Translations under genes and position numbers: made by a program
Assembly: GCA_965195285.1 (NCBI GenBank)
Contig: CBDAFS010000021.1
Coordinates: 17,539-81,538, forward strand
From: an uncultured Aminicenantes bacterium
GTDB taxonomy: Bacteria > Acidobacteriota > Aminicenantia > UBA2199
Direction of reading: 5' to 3'
Length of the DNA: 64,000 bases
Notes under the pieces: generated by a model
Databases searched by the model: none
Seen by the model: the letters and a program-made list of their open reading frames with translations, nothing else
What the model was told of the DNA's origin: nothing
Part shown: piece by piece, positions 10,555 to 19,657 of the stretch
How the letters are laid out: each line of letters opens with the position of its first letter
Numbering within the stretch: the stretch's first letter is position 1

Positions 10555-11802
10555 TCACCCGGCAGAAATATACCCTTTCAGAACTGAAAATGCCACTATT
10601 TCCGGTGAGGCCAGATAGTTCAAGCCGTCGCCCTGCTTTCCTTGAAAATTTCGATTCCCACTGGATACCATGACTTCATTTTTACCGGTCATGCCAATAT
10701 GTCCCTGCGCACATCCGCCACAGCCCGGGTTGGAAATAATCGCTCCGGCTTTAAATAGATCCTTCAACATACCCCTTTCCATGGCTTGACCATAAACCCT
10801 CTGGGTAACCGGAACAACAGCCAGGCGTACGTTTTCGGCTATATGTTTCCCTTTTAAAATATTCCAAACCTTTTCGATGTCTTCAATCCTTCCATTGGTA
10901 CAGGAACCTACAAATCCAAAATCAACTTTGACCGTTCCGACTTCACAGACTTTTTTGACATTGTGTGGATATGGAGGTTCGGAAACCATGGGCTCCAGAT
11001 CAGAAACATCAATCGAGATGGTTTCAGCATAGCTGGCATCCGGATCCGACACGATTTCAGCTGGGATTTCAGTCAGCCCGGAGATAGTACTGATTTCCTT
11101 CGGGGTATTCCGGTTGAAAGGAATGAAACCAATAATCCCACCCATTTCGGTGATCATACTTAAAGTTGTTATTCTTCCGGCAAGCTCAAGGTTCTCAATA
11201 ACCTCCCCTTCAAACTCCACCACCTTGCCAAGGATCCTGTCGGTTTTTAACACACCCAGAATCTTCAGGGTTAAATCTTTTGCTGAAAATTCTGGTTTTG
11301 GACTCCCGGTGATCACTACCTTCACCGTCTCCGGGACTTCAAACCAGGTCCTTCCATAGCGATAGCCAAAGGTGATATCAATGTCTCCCATGCCCTGACC
11401 AAAACAGTTGACCGCACCCAGGATATTCATATGACTGTCAGTGCCCACCACTATGGTCCCGGGGAGTGCATACCCGTATTCAATCAGGTTGTGCGTACCA
11501 ATCCCTTTATCCACATCAAATACCTGAACATCCTGTTCTCTGGCAAATTCCCGACATATCTGCTGATTATTGGCATATTGGATGGTTTTGGGGGGAACGG
11601 TTAAATCAAAAGTAAAAAACACCCTTTTGCTATCAAAGACACGCTGCTGGGGATAATATTTTCTGAAGTTTTTGACTACATTGGGACCGCCAAAATCCCT
11701 GGCAGTCACGATATCCAGGTCAATCCATATATTGGTTCCGGTTTCGATCCTTTCCTGGCTGTGCTGTTGAAAAATCTTTTCTATAACGGTCTGGCCACTC
11801 AC
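10555..11802 (-). CDS. leuC: 3-isopropylmalate dehydratase/homoaconitase family large subunit (short, archaeal-like type)
   Basis: GTDSH, GSCTNGR, PGCGGC (three 4Fe-4S cysteines), NRNF.G and YLASP. Confidence 0.8.
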   Translation of the reverse strand: MSGQTVIEKIFQQHSQERIETGTNIWIDLDIVTARDFGGPNVVKNFRKYYPQQRVFDSKRVFFTFDLTVPPKTIQYANNQQICREFAREQDVQVFDVDKGIGTHNLIEYGYALPGTIVVGTDSHMNILGAVNCFGQGMGDIDITFGYRYGRTWFEVPETVKVVITGSPKPEFSAKDLTLKILGVLKTDRILGKVVEFEGEVIENLELAGRITTLSMITEMGGIIGFIPFNRNTPKEISTISGLTEIPAEIVSDPDASYAETISIDVSDLEPMVSEPPYPHNVKKVCEVGTVKVDFGFVGSCTNGRIEDIEKVWNILKGKHIAENVRLAVVPVTQRVYGQAMERGMLKDLFKAGAIISNPGCGGCAQGHIGMTGKNEVMVSSGNRNFQGKQGDGLNYLASPEIVAFSVLKGYISAG

Positions 11803-12389
11803 ATTAACTTCCGCTTCACTTCTACCATGACTAGCTTTGAAATACTTTTTAGGGTATCCACCACTCCCTCCCCTTTCAAGGCAACCGCTTCAATTACCGG
11901 CTCATCCTTCTGCCTTAATGCTTCAATCAGTTCATTAGCCGGGGTAATATTAGCCAGGTCCCTCTTATTTAATTGAAGGGCATAGGGTAAGGTGGCAAAG
12001 TCTATTTTATAATCTATCAGGTTTTCAGTCATATCGGATATACTTTCGATATTGGCTTCAAATCGCTCACGCTGAGAATCGGCAACAAAAACCAGGCCAT
12101 CAACACCTTTTATAATTAACTTTCGCGAACTGCTGTAATAGATCTGGCCGGGGACGGTATAGAGATGGAATTTGACCTTATAACCCTTGATCATACCCAG
12201 ATCAAGGGGGAAAAAATCAAAAAAGAGGGTCCGCTCGGTCTCGGTAGCCAGGCTGACCAGTTTTCCCTTGTTTCCTTTTTTTATTTTCTCGTAGATAGAC
12301 TTAATGTTGGTGGTTTTTCCACTCAGACCGGGTCCGTAATATACAATCTTGAAATTGATTTCTCGTGTTGAATAATTAAGGAAAGACAA
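11799..12389 (-). CDS. mglA: Small GTPase MglA
   Basis: KIVYYGPGLSGKTTN, ERTLFFDF, LYTVPGQ and NKRDL. Confidence 0.93.
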   Translation of the reverse strand: MSFLNYSTREINFKIVYYGPGLSGKTTNIKSIYEKIKKGNKGKLVSLATETERTLFFDFFPLDLGMIKGYKVKFHLYTVPGQIYYSSSRKLIIKGVDGLVFVADSQRERFEANIESISDMTENLIDYKIDFATLPYALQLNKRDLANITPANELIEALRQKDEPVIEAVALKGEGVVDTLKSISKLVMVEVKRKLM

Positions 12390-12391
12390 AT

Positions 12392-12880
12392 TTAATCTCC
12401 GAATATTTCATCGATGTCTTCATCAGATACACCTTCAAACGGAGATCCGTCATTCTTAAATATATCTAATTTCAGTTTTTCTTGAATGGTAACAAATACA
12501 TCTTCAAGTTTTTTGGCTGCTGTTTTGACCCTGAACCGAACCAGTCCCAGGTTTGAGGTATTGTTAAATATGACAATCAACATGGTTCTCTCGTTGATAG
12601 ATGAAACATGCAGGCTCTTATTTTCGGATTCGGACAGGATGCTGGGAAACTTCTCAATATCCAGCATTTCGGCAATGCAGTTTACGGCAGCCATACTTCC
12701 GGCAATCAGGGATGAAATAGAGTTCAGATATGAATCTTCCATATCCCCGGTAGAGGCTATACAATGACCTTCGGAATCAGATATAAAAACAATCTCTGCT
12801 TTGGTGTTCTCTTTTAATTCGTCCAGAATATCTTTAATTAATACAAATTCTTCGTTATATATTATAAAATTTTCTTCCAT
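12392..12880 (-). CDS. mglB: Roadblock/LC7 protein MglB (cognate GAP)
   Basis: Roadblock pattern, NLGLVRFRVK and acidic tail SPFEGVSDEDIDEIFGD; directly upstream of mglA. Confidence 0.9.
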   Translation of the reverse strand: MEENFIIYNEEFVLIKDILDELKENTKAEIVFISDSEGHCIASTGDMEDSYLNSISSLIAGSMAAVNCIAEMLDIEKFPSILSESENKSLHVSSINERTMLIVIFNNTSNLGLVRFRVKTAAKKLEDVFVTIQEKLKLDIFKNDGSPFEGVSDEDIDEIFGD

Positions 12881-12921
12881 CTGAGTTATGGTTTATTAAA
12901 TTGTTTTTTTTATAAAAAATC

Positions 12922-12951
12922 ATTATATCATTTAAGTGATAGAAAAGGCAA
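12922..12951 (-). promoter_or_regulatory. Putative sigma70 promoter for mglB-mglA-leuC-leuD
   Basis: Minus strand TTGCCT-18 nt-TATAAT with extended -10 TGn. Confidence 0.5.
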
Positions 12952-12966
12952 TATGTTTTTCCCCCA

Positions 12967-13569
12967 TTATAATATTTCTGTACGGCTTTCCATTGCTCGG
13001 GCAATAGTCACGGAATCCACATAGTCAATATCCGCCCCTATGGGAAGGCCCAAAGCAATTCGGGTAATCCTTATCTTATATTTCTTCAGTATTTCGGTTA
13101 AATAGTGTGCCGTGGCGTTCCCTTCGGTGGTGGGACTGGTGGCCAGAATGATTTCTGAAACCGAATGGTCCCCCAGCCTTTTTTGCAATCCTGAAATCTT
13201 TAATTCTTCAGGTCCGATGCCTTTGATCGGAGATAAATTTCCATGCAACACATGATATAAACCCTTATACAATACTGTCCTTTCAATGGAAATAATATTG
13301 AAGGGTTCCTCCACAACACAAATCTTAGTGGTATCCCTCTGTTTACTGGCACATATTTCACAGGGATCGTGGCTGGTCAGATTATAACAAATTGAACACA
13401 AGATGGTTTTTCCCCTGGCTTCTACAATGGCAGCGGCCAGGTCCAGTGCCACTTTCGGATCCTTTTTCAACAGGAAAAAACAAATTCGCTGGGCTGATTT
13501 TCTTCCGATAGAGGGGATTTTTTTTAATTCTTCAATAAGCTTATTGATGGGCGGGCTAAAGGTTTCCAT
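12967..13569 (-). CDS. recR: Recombination mediator RecR
   Basis: HhH IGRKSAQR, C4 zinc finger CSIC..CEIC and Toprim (EGNATA). Confidence 0.97.
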   Translation of the reverse strand: METFSPPINKLIEELKKIPSIGRKSAQRICFFLLKKDPKVALDLAAAIVEARGKTILCSICYNLTSHDPCEICASKQRDTTKICVVEEPFNIISIERTVLYKGLYHVLHGNLSPIKGIGPEELKISGLQKRLGDHSVSEIILATSPTTEGNATAHYLTEILKKYKIRITRIALGLPIGADIDYVDSVTIARAMESRTEIL

Positions 13570-13577
13570 TTTTCGGA

Positions 13578-13907
13578 TTACATTCCGGGAAAATTAAATC
13601 CAGGGGGCATACCGGGAAGACCTCCGGGTAAACCGCCCATATTGCTTTTCAATTGATCATCCACTTTGGTCTGGGCATCATTGATGGCTGCAATGATTAA
13701 ATCCTGAAGCATTTCAATATCTTCTGGATCTACCACTTCTTTCTGGATGATCAGGGAAATCGGATTCTTATGTCCATTCATGATAACCTTCACCATTCCC
13801 CCACCGGAATTGCCTTCAACCTCCAGGCTGTTCATTTTTTCTTCCATATCCTTGGCCATATTCTGAGCCATCTGCATGAGCTGATTCATATTGGGAATTT
13901 TACCCAT
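13578..13907 (-). CDS. ybaB: YbaB/EbfC nucleoid-associated protein
   Basis: GNSGGGMVKV and DPEDIEMLQDLIIAAINDA; dnaX-ybaB-recR order. Confidence 0.95.
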   Translation of the reverse strand: MGKIPNMNQLMQMAQNMAKDMEEKMNSLEVEGNSGGGMVKVIMNGHKNPISLIIQKEVVDPEDIEMLQDLIIAAINDAQTKVDDQLKSNMGGLPGGLPGMPPGFNFPGM

Positions 13908-15288
13908 CTCCCCCTCCTTCTATATTTTCAATCGAAACGATGCGTCCTTTAATTTTTTTTAGCAAGCTGTTTATTTTCTCATCTTTCTTCAGTTCATTGA
14001 TGACTTCCTGTTCTTTCTGGCCATCCCGTTTCTGGCTTTTGTGAGGGATTTCATTCTTCGCATCCATTGGGAACTCTGGATTTTTAGATCTTTTTTCTTC
14101 AAGGATTGGAGGTTCATCCGGGTATGAACATGGAGTTGATTCCAGGTCCTGGTAGGGCCGGTTTGATTTCAAGCTTCCGATTATTGCTTCAATCGGGGTC
14201 AGATTGGGAAAATAAGAAAGCTTCAACAAAAGATATTCCATCATGATCCGGGGATTTTCCGTATGTTTCATGGTAATCTCAAGATTCTTGGCTGCATTGA
14301 AATAGCGGAGCAGTTCCACTTCGTTGACATTTCGAAGTATCTCTTTCAACTCCGGAATATTTTCAGGGTTGAGATTATGCAGTTTATCCGATTGCTGGAC
14401 TGATTTCAGAACAATCAAATTTCTGAAAAATTTCAAGTATTCAATGAAGAAAAATCTCAAATCCACGCCCTTCTCAGATAATATATCAACCTGTTCAATG
14501 ATTTTCTGTTTATCCCGGGTAAAAATGCTCCGGGTCAGGTTGATGAAGATTTCCTCCTCGATGATACCCAGGATATCAATGACATCGTTATCATTGACAT
14601 CACCATTGGAAAGGGCAATGGACTGGTCCAGTATTTTTTTGGCATCTCTCAGGCTGCCTTCTGAAGATTTGGATATGAGAAATAATGCGTATTCTGATAT
14701 TTTGATTTTTTCTTTTTTAGATATTCCATCCAGAACCGATTTGATTACTTCAGTGGGAATGCGCTTGAATTCGAAATGTTGACATCTGGATACGATGGTG
14801 GCCGGGATTTTATGAAAATCGGTTGTGGCCATGATAAAATAGGTATGTTCGGGTGGTTCTTCGATCGTTTTCAACAGTGCATTCCAGGCAGAGGTGGATA
14901 ACATATGTACCTCATCGATAACGATTATCCGGAAACGGTTCTTCAAGGGCTTGTACTTAACCATCTCACGGAGGCTCCTGACCTCCTCCACTCCATTGTT
15001 GGAAGCCCCGTCTATTTCAATATAATCCGAAGATTTGTCCTCAGTAATTTCCCTGCAGATATCGCACGAATTGCAGGGTTCCTTGGCCGGGCCTTTTTCA
15101 CAGTTGAGGGCCTTGGCCAATATTCTGGCCGCAGATGTTTTTCCAACCCCCTTCATGCCTGAAAAAATCAGACTGGGGTACAATTTATTCATCTCGATGG
15201 CATTCTGAAGGGTTTTGGTAATGTGGGGCTGTCCGATCAGATCTTTGAAGATTTGGGGTCTATATTTACGCGCCAATGCAAGATACAT
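13900..15288 (-). CDS. dnaX: DNA polymerase III subunit gamma/tau
   Basis: LARKYRPQ, GVGKTS, zinc cysteines, EIDGASN, IDEVHMLS and SRCQ. Confidence 0.97.
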   Translation of the reverse strand: MYLALARKYRPQIFKDLIGQPHITKTLQNAIEMNKLYPSLIFSGMKGVGKTSAARILAKALNCEKGPAKEPCNSCDICREITEDKSSDYIEIDGASNNGVEEVRSLREMVKYKPLKNRFRIIVIDEVHMLSTSAWNALLKTIEEPPEHTYFIMATTDFHKIPATIVSRCQHFEFKRIPTEVIKSVLDGISKKEKIKISEYALFLISKSSEGSLRDAKKILDQSIALSNGDVNDNDVIDILGIIEEEIFINLTRSIFTRDKQKIIEQVDILSEKGVDLRFFFIEYLKFFRNLIVLKSVQQSDKLHNLNPENIPELKEILRNVNEVELLRYFNAAKNLEITMKHTENPRIMMEYLLLKLSYFPNLTPIEAIIGSLKSNRPYQDLESTPCSYPDEPPILEEKRSKNPEFPMDAKNEIPHKSQKRDGQKEQEVINELKKDEKINSLLKKIKGRIVSIENIEGGGDG

Positions 15289-15337
15289 CTGATTTTATTT
15301 CCATTAAGACATTTTCACCATATAGTTTTATAAAAAA

Positions 15338-15436
15338 GGCCCAGGAAATCCCAAACCCATACACATCCCTGCTTATTGCTGCTACCTTTCGGTCCTGACA
15401 AAGTTCACTGGGCAGTATTGTTGGGCTCCTGGACCC
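15338..15436 (-). ncRNA. ffs: Signal recognition particle RNA (4.5S)
   Basis: Reverse complement contains the conserved TGTCAGGACCGAAAGGTAGCAGCA domain IV core, closed by a GGTCCAGGA...TCCTGGGCC stem and a T-tract; upstream of dnaX. Confidence 0.93.
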
Positions 15437-15530
15437 GATATTGCTTCTCAAATAAGAAGAACCCATTTTAGATTCATTCCCATTCATCAAGTTAACAAAA
15501 AAACAAACAAAAGTCTATTTTTTTGATAAA

Positions 15531-15617
15531 CGGAGAGGGTGGGATTCGAACCCACGGTACTGTCACCAGCACACACGCTTTCCAAGCGTGCTCCTTAAGC
15601 CGCTCGGACACCTCTCC
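15531..15617 (-). tRNA. tRNA-Ser(GGA)
   Basis: Reverse complement GGAGAGGTGTCCGAGCGGCTTAAGGAGCACGCTTGGAAAGCGTGT...GGTTCGAATCCCACCCTCTCCG; long variable arm; CCA not encoded. Confidence 0.97.
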
Positions 15618-15628
15618 AAAAGGCTTAT

Positions 15629-15657
15629 TTTATAACACTTATTATGAATAAATGCAA
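15629..15657 (-). promoter_or_regulatory. Putative sigma70 promoter for tRNA-Ser
   Basis: Minus strand TTGCAT-17 nt-TATAAA with extended TGn. Confidence 0.55.
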
Positions 15658-15744
15658 GTGTTGTTCCATAAATAATTTCGGATATTCAAGTCATATTTGA
15701 AGGGATTAACGATTACTCTGAAGGGGTAAAATCAAATCCGAATA

Positions 15745-17520
15745 TCAGGGAATCCTTCTAATATCGTACTTGGGCATCCTCAAGTTAGTCTCCAACACAA
15801 TTCCGTTGTAGGACGGGTGATTTTTCAGGGCCCAGTTATGCAGTTCATACAAGAACCGCTTCATTTGACTTTCATTCAGCAGCCGTTCACAGGATTCTTC
15901 CCGTCCGACTTTTTTACTGCCCAAAAGAATGGCAATGCCTACCCGCCTTTTAATTCCCCTTTGATCGGCATAGTGCAAATATTTTCCCAGTTTGGCCTTC
16001 TGCTCTTCCAGTGTGCATCCAAAATAGCTCATCAGTATCGGATAATCAACATGGTCGATCACCCAGTAACGGGTACTGTCACTGACTCCGCTGTTGCCCT
16101 TGGCTTCCAGGGTGACAAAAGCTGAATATTTCAATCCATATTGATTGACTTTACGGAGATTGCGTTCAAATTGCTCCTTGAAAATATCCACAAATTCCGA
16201 ATCATCGACAATGGTGTCAATTTTGAATTCCCGGCGGTGAGTATATAGAAACTTGGCAAAAAACTCAATGGGATAATTCAACTCTGCGTATAAAAAATTA
16301 ATTTTTTTAATACCTCCGGCATAAAATTTACTGACCAGGGGTTTGAATTTTCGATATCCTTCCTGGTAAAACTTGGGCCCCATGGGAAGGCCCGGATTCA
16401 GGTTTATTTTTCTGATTTTGTTTTTTCTAAGATAAGATAGCAGCGAATCAACATCACTGAAATCACCCCAGGCACTCTGCCAGACATCCAGGGAAAGGGC
16501 ATGGAAATCCCCGGGGGTCTCCATCACTACGGGCTTGATTTCCGGTATTTCTTCCTTTTTAAGAGGTTTTATGGTTTCCGTTTCCCTCACTTCTTTCTGA
16601 ACCACGGCCTTTTGAATAAGTGTTGATGCACTTTTTTTACTGGCTGATGCCCTGATTTCACTTGATTCGGAAAACTGGCTGATGTCAAAATTCAACTCCC
16701 GGATCCACTGACCATCCAGTTCCTGAAACAGGGCCAGTTCCTCCCGGCAGATTGAATTGAGCATGACCTCCCGTTCCCTGGCTGTCACATCCTGACTCTT
16801 TAACCGGGCAATGATTTCCTGGATTTCCATTTTTTTTTGATTAATTTCCCGCCGGGCATTGGTTTTTAGACCACTATTCTGACCCAGGCAGTCTGAGGAT
16901 GCGATTTCATAAAATAGTCGAATGGCCTCGGTGATATGCTTGATGTACTGGATTGAACCTTTCTGGTATAAACTTGAATTCCCCAGAGAAATCACTGCTT
17001 TTCTATTTTTGGAAACATCCTCCGGGCAGGTATTCTCTCGGTCCAGTTCAGGATCCGGGGTCGGGGGATTATGTTTCAAATAATATTTTCCGGTTTCAAT
17101 GACAATCCCGTTCACCAGGGCATGGATATTGTCAAAGGACAGGAAGTGGGGATTCAGGTTGGAGATGACTTCCATCAATATGTCATTGGTCTTCTTCTCC
17201 ACCAGTTCGGTGTATTCTTTCACGATAAAATCATATTGCTGCCGGGCTGTACCGATGTTTTCGCCTGTGATTTCTTTTCCAATTTTTGATTTTAACCGGT
17301 TGAAACGGTCTTTGATACTCTTCCATTTTTTTTGAAAAACGATATGGTTGATGAAATTTTTCCGTTTTTCATGAATAGTCATGGATTTCAACTGCCAATC
17401 AATGCTGGTCATGAAATTCTTTTCAACAGATTCTTCTTTGTTACCCTTCATTTGAATAGGAATGATCATAGTCAAAAAAACAGATAATAATATTGCTTTT
17501 ATGAGTGCTCTTGTAATCAT
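15745..17520 (-). CDS. Exported hypothetical protein: helical N-region, linker, putative TIM-barrel glycoside-hydrolase-like C-domain
   Basis: Signal peptide MITRALIKAILLSVFLTMII (start moved to ATG 17520). The C-terminal ~250 aa alternate beta and alpha segments (LDVWQS, INLNPG, IVDDSEF, ILMSY, IVLET). Fold is an inference. Confidence 0.5.
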   Translation of the reverse strand: MITRALIKAILLSVFLTMIIPIQMKGNKEESVEKNFMTSIDWQLKSMTIHEKRKNFINHIVFQKKWKSIKDRFNRLKSKIGKEITGENIGTARQQYDFIVKEYTELVEKKTNDILMEVISNLNPHFLSFDNIHALVNGIVIETGKYYLKHNPPTPDPELDRENTCPEDVSKNRKAVISLGNSSLYQKGSIQYIKHITEAIRLFYEIASSDCLGQNSGLKTNARREINQKKMEIQEIIARLKSQDVTAREREVMLNSICREELALFQELDGQWIRELNFDISQFSESSEIRASASKKSASTLIQKAVVQKEVRETETIKPLKKEEIPEIKPVVMETPGDFHALSLDVWQSAWGDFSDVDSLLSYLRKNKIRKINLNPGLPMGPKFYQEGYRKFKPLVSKFYAGGIKKINFLYAELNYPIEFFAKFLYTHRREFKIDTIVDDSEFVDIFKEQFERNLRKVNQYGLKYSAFVTLEAKGNSGVSDSTRYWVIDHVDYPILMSYFGCTLEEQKAKLGKYLHYADQRGIKRRVGIAILLGSKKVGREESCERLLNESQMKRFLYELHNWALKNHPSYNGIVLETNLRMPKYDIRRIP

Positions 17521-17562
17521 TGGATGATTGGATTTATTTTGAATAATATACTCCAATGGTAC

Positions 17563-17592
17563 GGAGATGAAAGGCACATGCCTTTCATCTCC
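17563..17592. terminator. Perfect 14-bp inverted repeat (stem-loop)
   Basis: GGAGATGAAAGGCA-CA-TGCCTTTCATCTCC, followed by a T-rich tract on the + strand. Confidence 0.75.
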
Positions 17593-17613
17593 ATTTTTTT
17601 TGTTTTTTATAGA

Positions 17614-18339
17614 TTAACGGTTTTCCAGTTCTTGCCTGGTGTATACCTTAAAATAATCAAAATCGGCCTTGGTTTTAAAAGTCACCAGTCCGAAATGACC
17701 CAGGTTGAAGGTGGTATCGGTGCGGCTGGCCACAACCGAATCATTTATATAGCATACGATACGACTGCCGTAGACATCCACTTTCAAACGATACCAGTTG
17801 GCCCTTGAGAATTTCACCCGTTCCGTCAAGAAATTGGCTGATCTTGGGTTGGCGATATCAATCCATTCACCATCCACCATTTTTCCCAGAACAGCACCCT
17901 CTTCACCGGCTAGCCTGAACATATAAAAATTATTGGAATCCCTCATCCTGAAAATGATCCCTGCACCGATGATATAGCGAACGTTGTTTAATAGCCTCTG
18001 ATCCTGCATGGAGCCGGTTATATAACTGGGCAAATCCGGGGTAACCCGAACATAGGTTTCGTAGGTGGCATCAGCTGCCTGGGGATGATCCACATAGATC
18101 ATGGAATTCAGAGCCCTTTCATCAGCGCTTCTCTGTAAAAAGAAGCCATTGGCATCGATCTTCCAATTGCCCCGGATCTGCTGCCATTCATTCTTCCGAT
18201 TATTGAAATTATCATAAAATATGGTCTTGGGTCCAACTTCGCGCTGCACCACCTCGGTCCTGGGAACTATCACTTCTCGTCTTCCGCAACTTACCACCAG
18301 CAAACTGACCACCAAAATGATAAAAATAAGTTTTTTCAT
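17614..18339 (-). CDS. Lipoprotein with ConA-like/DUF1080 (3-keto-disaccharide hydrolase-like) beta-sandwich
   Basis: Lipobox VVSC; GAGIIFR..NFY, WYRLKV.VYGSRI.CYIND and G.FGL.T..ADFD. Confidence 0.7.
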   Translation of the reverse strand: MKKLIFIILVVSLLVVSCGRREVIVPRTEVVQREVGPKTIFYDNFNNRKNEWQQIRGNWKIDANGFFLQRSADERALNSMIYVDHPQAADATYETYVRVTPDLPSYITGSMQDQRLLNNVRYIIGAGIIFRMRDSNNFYMFRLAGEEGAVLGKMVDGEWIDIANPRSANFLTERVKFSRANWYRLKVDVYGSRIVCYINDSVVASRTDTTFNLGHFGLVTFKTKADFDYFKVYTRQELENR

Positions 18340-18359
18340 AATTTCCTCCTCGTTAATAA

Positions 18360-18821
18360 TTAATTGTCTTCCCGGTAGTTGGTACTTTTAATCGACCGTC
18401 TCCATACCTGTTCATAGAGGGTATATCCCTCTACCGTGACTCCGTATTTCCCAGGTACATATTTCAAACCGGGGGCAGAGGCCATGATCTTATAGGTTCC
18501 CGGCTGCAGTTTCAGGAGATGGGTCTTTCTGTCACCGATGGACACCACATAATGCGAAGGTCCGTCAAAATCAAGGGTGATATTCCGGTCCAGCTCATTC
18601 CGGATCTTTATCATTGCATTGGGAGGATTGTTGATTTCATCATATCCGACTCTGTATAATGAAACCACCCAAACCCGCCCTTCTTCATCCACCACCAGTT
18701 GTTCTGATGAGATCAGATTGGTCGGGCCAGCAGGCTGAATAATCACTTTTTCACCGCGCCCGCAATTGATCAGGAATAGCACCAGAACAGCACAAACCAC
18801 ATAAAATAGTTTTTGTCTCAT
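18360..18821 (-). CDS. Lipoprotein with a C-terminal Ig-like/beta-sandwich domain
   Basis: Lipobox LINC; LQPGTYKI.ASAPG motif; GAGGAGG SD. Confidence 0.65.
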   Translation of the reverse strand: MRQKLFYVVCAVLVLFLINCGRGEKVIIQPAGPTNLISSEQLVVDEEGRVWVVSLYRVGYDEINNPPNAMIKIRNELDRNITLDFDGPSHYVVSIGDRKTHLLKLQPGTYKIMASAPGLKYVPGKYGVTVEGYTLYEQVWRRSIKSTNYREDN

Positions 18822-18889
18822 TTAACCTCCTCGATTTATATTAAAATTTCATTTTATGACTATAACTGAAGTTTTTTTCATCTCGAATA

Positions 18890-18918
18890 AATGTAAACCA
18901 TTAAATTTTTTTTGTCAA
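18890..18918 (-). promoter_or_regulatory. Putative internal sigma70 promoter
   Basis: Minus strand TTGACA-17 nt-TACATT, upstream of the 18821 start. Confidence 0.55.
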
Positions 18919-19006
18919 CACCAGTAACCTGTTTTATTTCAGTTTTTTTAACTTAAATCTGCATTCAAACATGTAAAGTCTATGTACCTCAAAATTTTAA
19001 TTCCGA

Positions 19007-19657
19007 TTACTGGGAAATGCGGATGAAATCAAAATCGGCCCGGGTCTTGAAGGTACAGAGCCCTACTCTACCCAGGGTAAAGGTGTCATCCACAGCATTG
19101 ACCACTGCAGAATCGTTGATATAACAGGTAATCCGGCTGCCATACACCCGAACTTTCAGGCGATACCAGTTGTTCCGGGAAAATTTGATCCTCTCCCTGA
19201 GATAGTCGGCTGAGCGCGGGTTTGCAATATCTATCCATTCTCCCCCAACCAATTTTCCCAGAACTGCTCCTTCTTCACCAGCCAGGCGGAACATATAAAA
19301 ATTATCCTGGTTTTGCATCCTGAAAATTATTCCGGCACCGATGATATAACGCACATCGTTCAGCAGACGCTGGTCCTGCATGTTACCGGTTATATACACC
19401 GGTAAATCCGGCCGGATCCGTACAAAGGTCTCAATGACGGAATCAGCCACCTGGGGATGATTGATATAAATAACACTGTTTACATGCCGGGGATCGGCTG
19501 AACTCTGAACCAGGAAGCCGTTGGAATGAAAGCGCCAGTTCCCCCTGACCTGCTGCCATTCATTCTTTCTGAAATCAAAATTGTCATAAAAAACAGTAAA
19601 ACTTAACAAAAGCAAAGTTGAAGAAAGCATTACCAGAACAAATATCCTTTTTTTCAT
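19007..19657 (-). CDS. Secreted ConA-like/DUF1080-like protein, paralog of 17614-18339
   Basis: Signal peptide without Cys; long blocks identical to the paralog, e.g. VRYIIGAGIIFRM and NFYMFRLAGEEGAVLGK. Confidence 0.7.
   Translation of the reverse strand: MKKRIFVLVMLSSTLLLLSFTVFYDNFDFRKNEWQQVRGNWRFHSNGFLVQSSADPRHVNSVIYINHPQVADSVIETFVRIRPDLPVYITGNMQDQRLLNDVRYIIGAGIIFRMQNQDNFYMFRLAGEEGAVLGKLVGGEWIDIANPRSADYLRERIKFSRNNWYRLKVRVYGSRITCYINDSAVVNAVDDTFTLGRVGLCTFKTRADFDFIRISQ

Noticed and set aside
13900-15288. Programmed frameshift in dnaX
   Set aside because: No convincing slippery site with a stimulatory hairpin was seen; the ORF is continuous.
15266-15490. 74-aa ORF upstream of dnaX
   Set aside because: It overlaps the SRP RNA gene and is spurious.
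17521-17577. N-terminal extension of the 610-aa ORF from GTG 17577
   Set aside because: That codon lies within the perfect hairpin; the signal peptide begins at ATG 17520.
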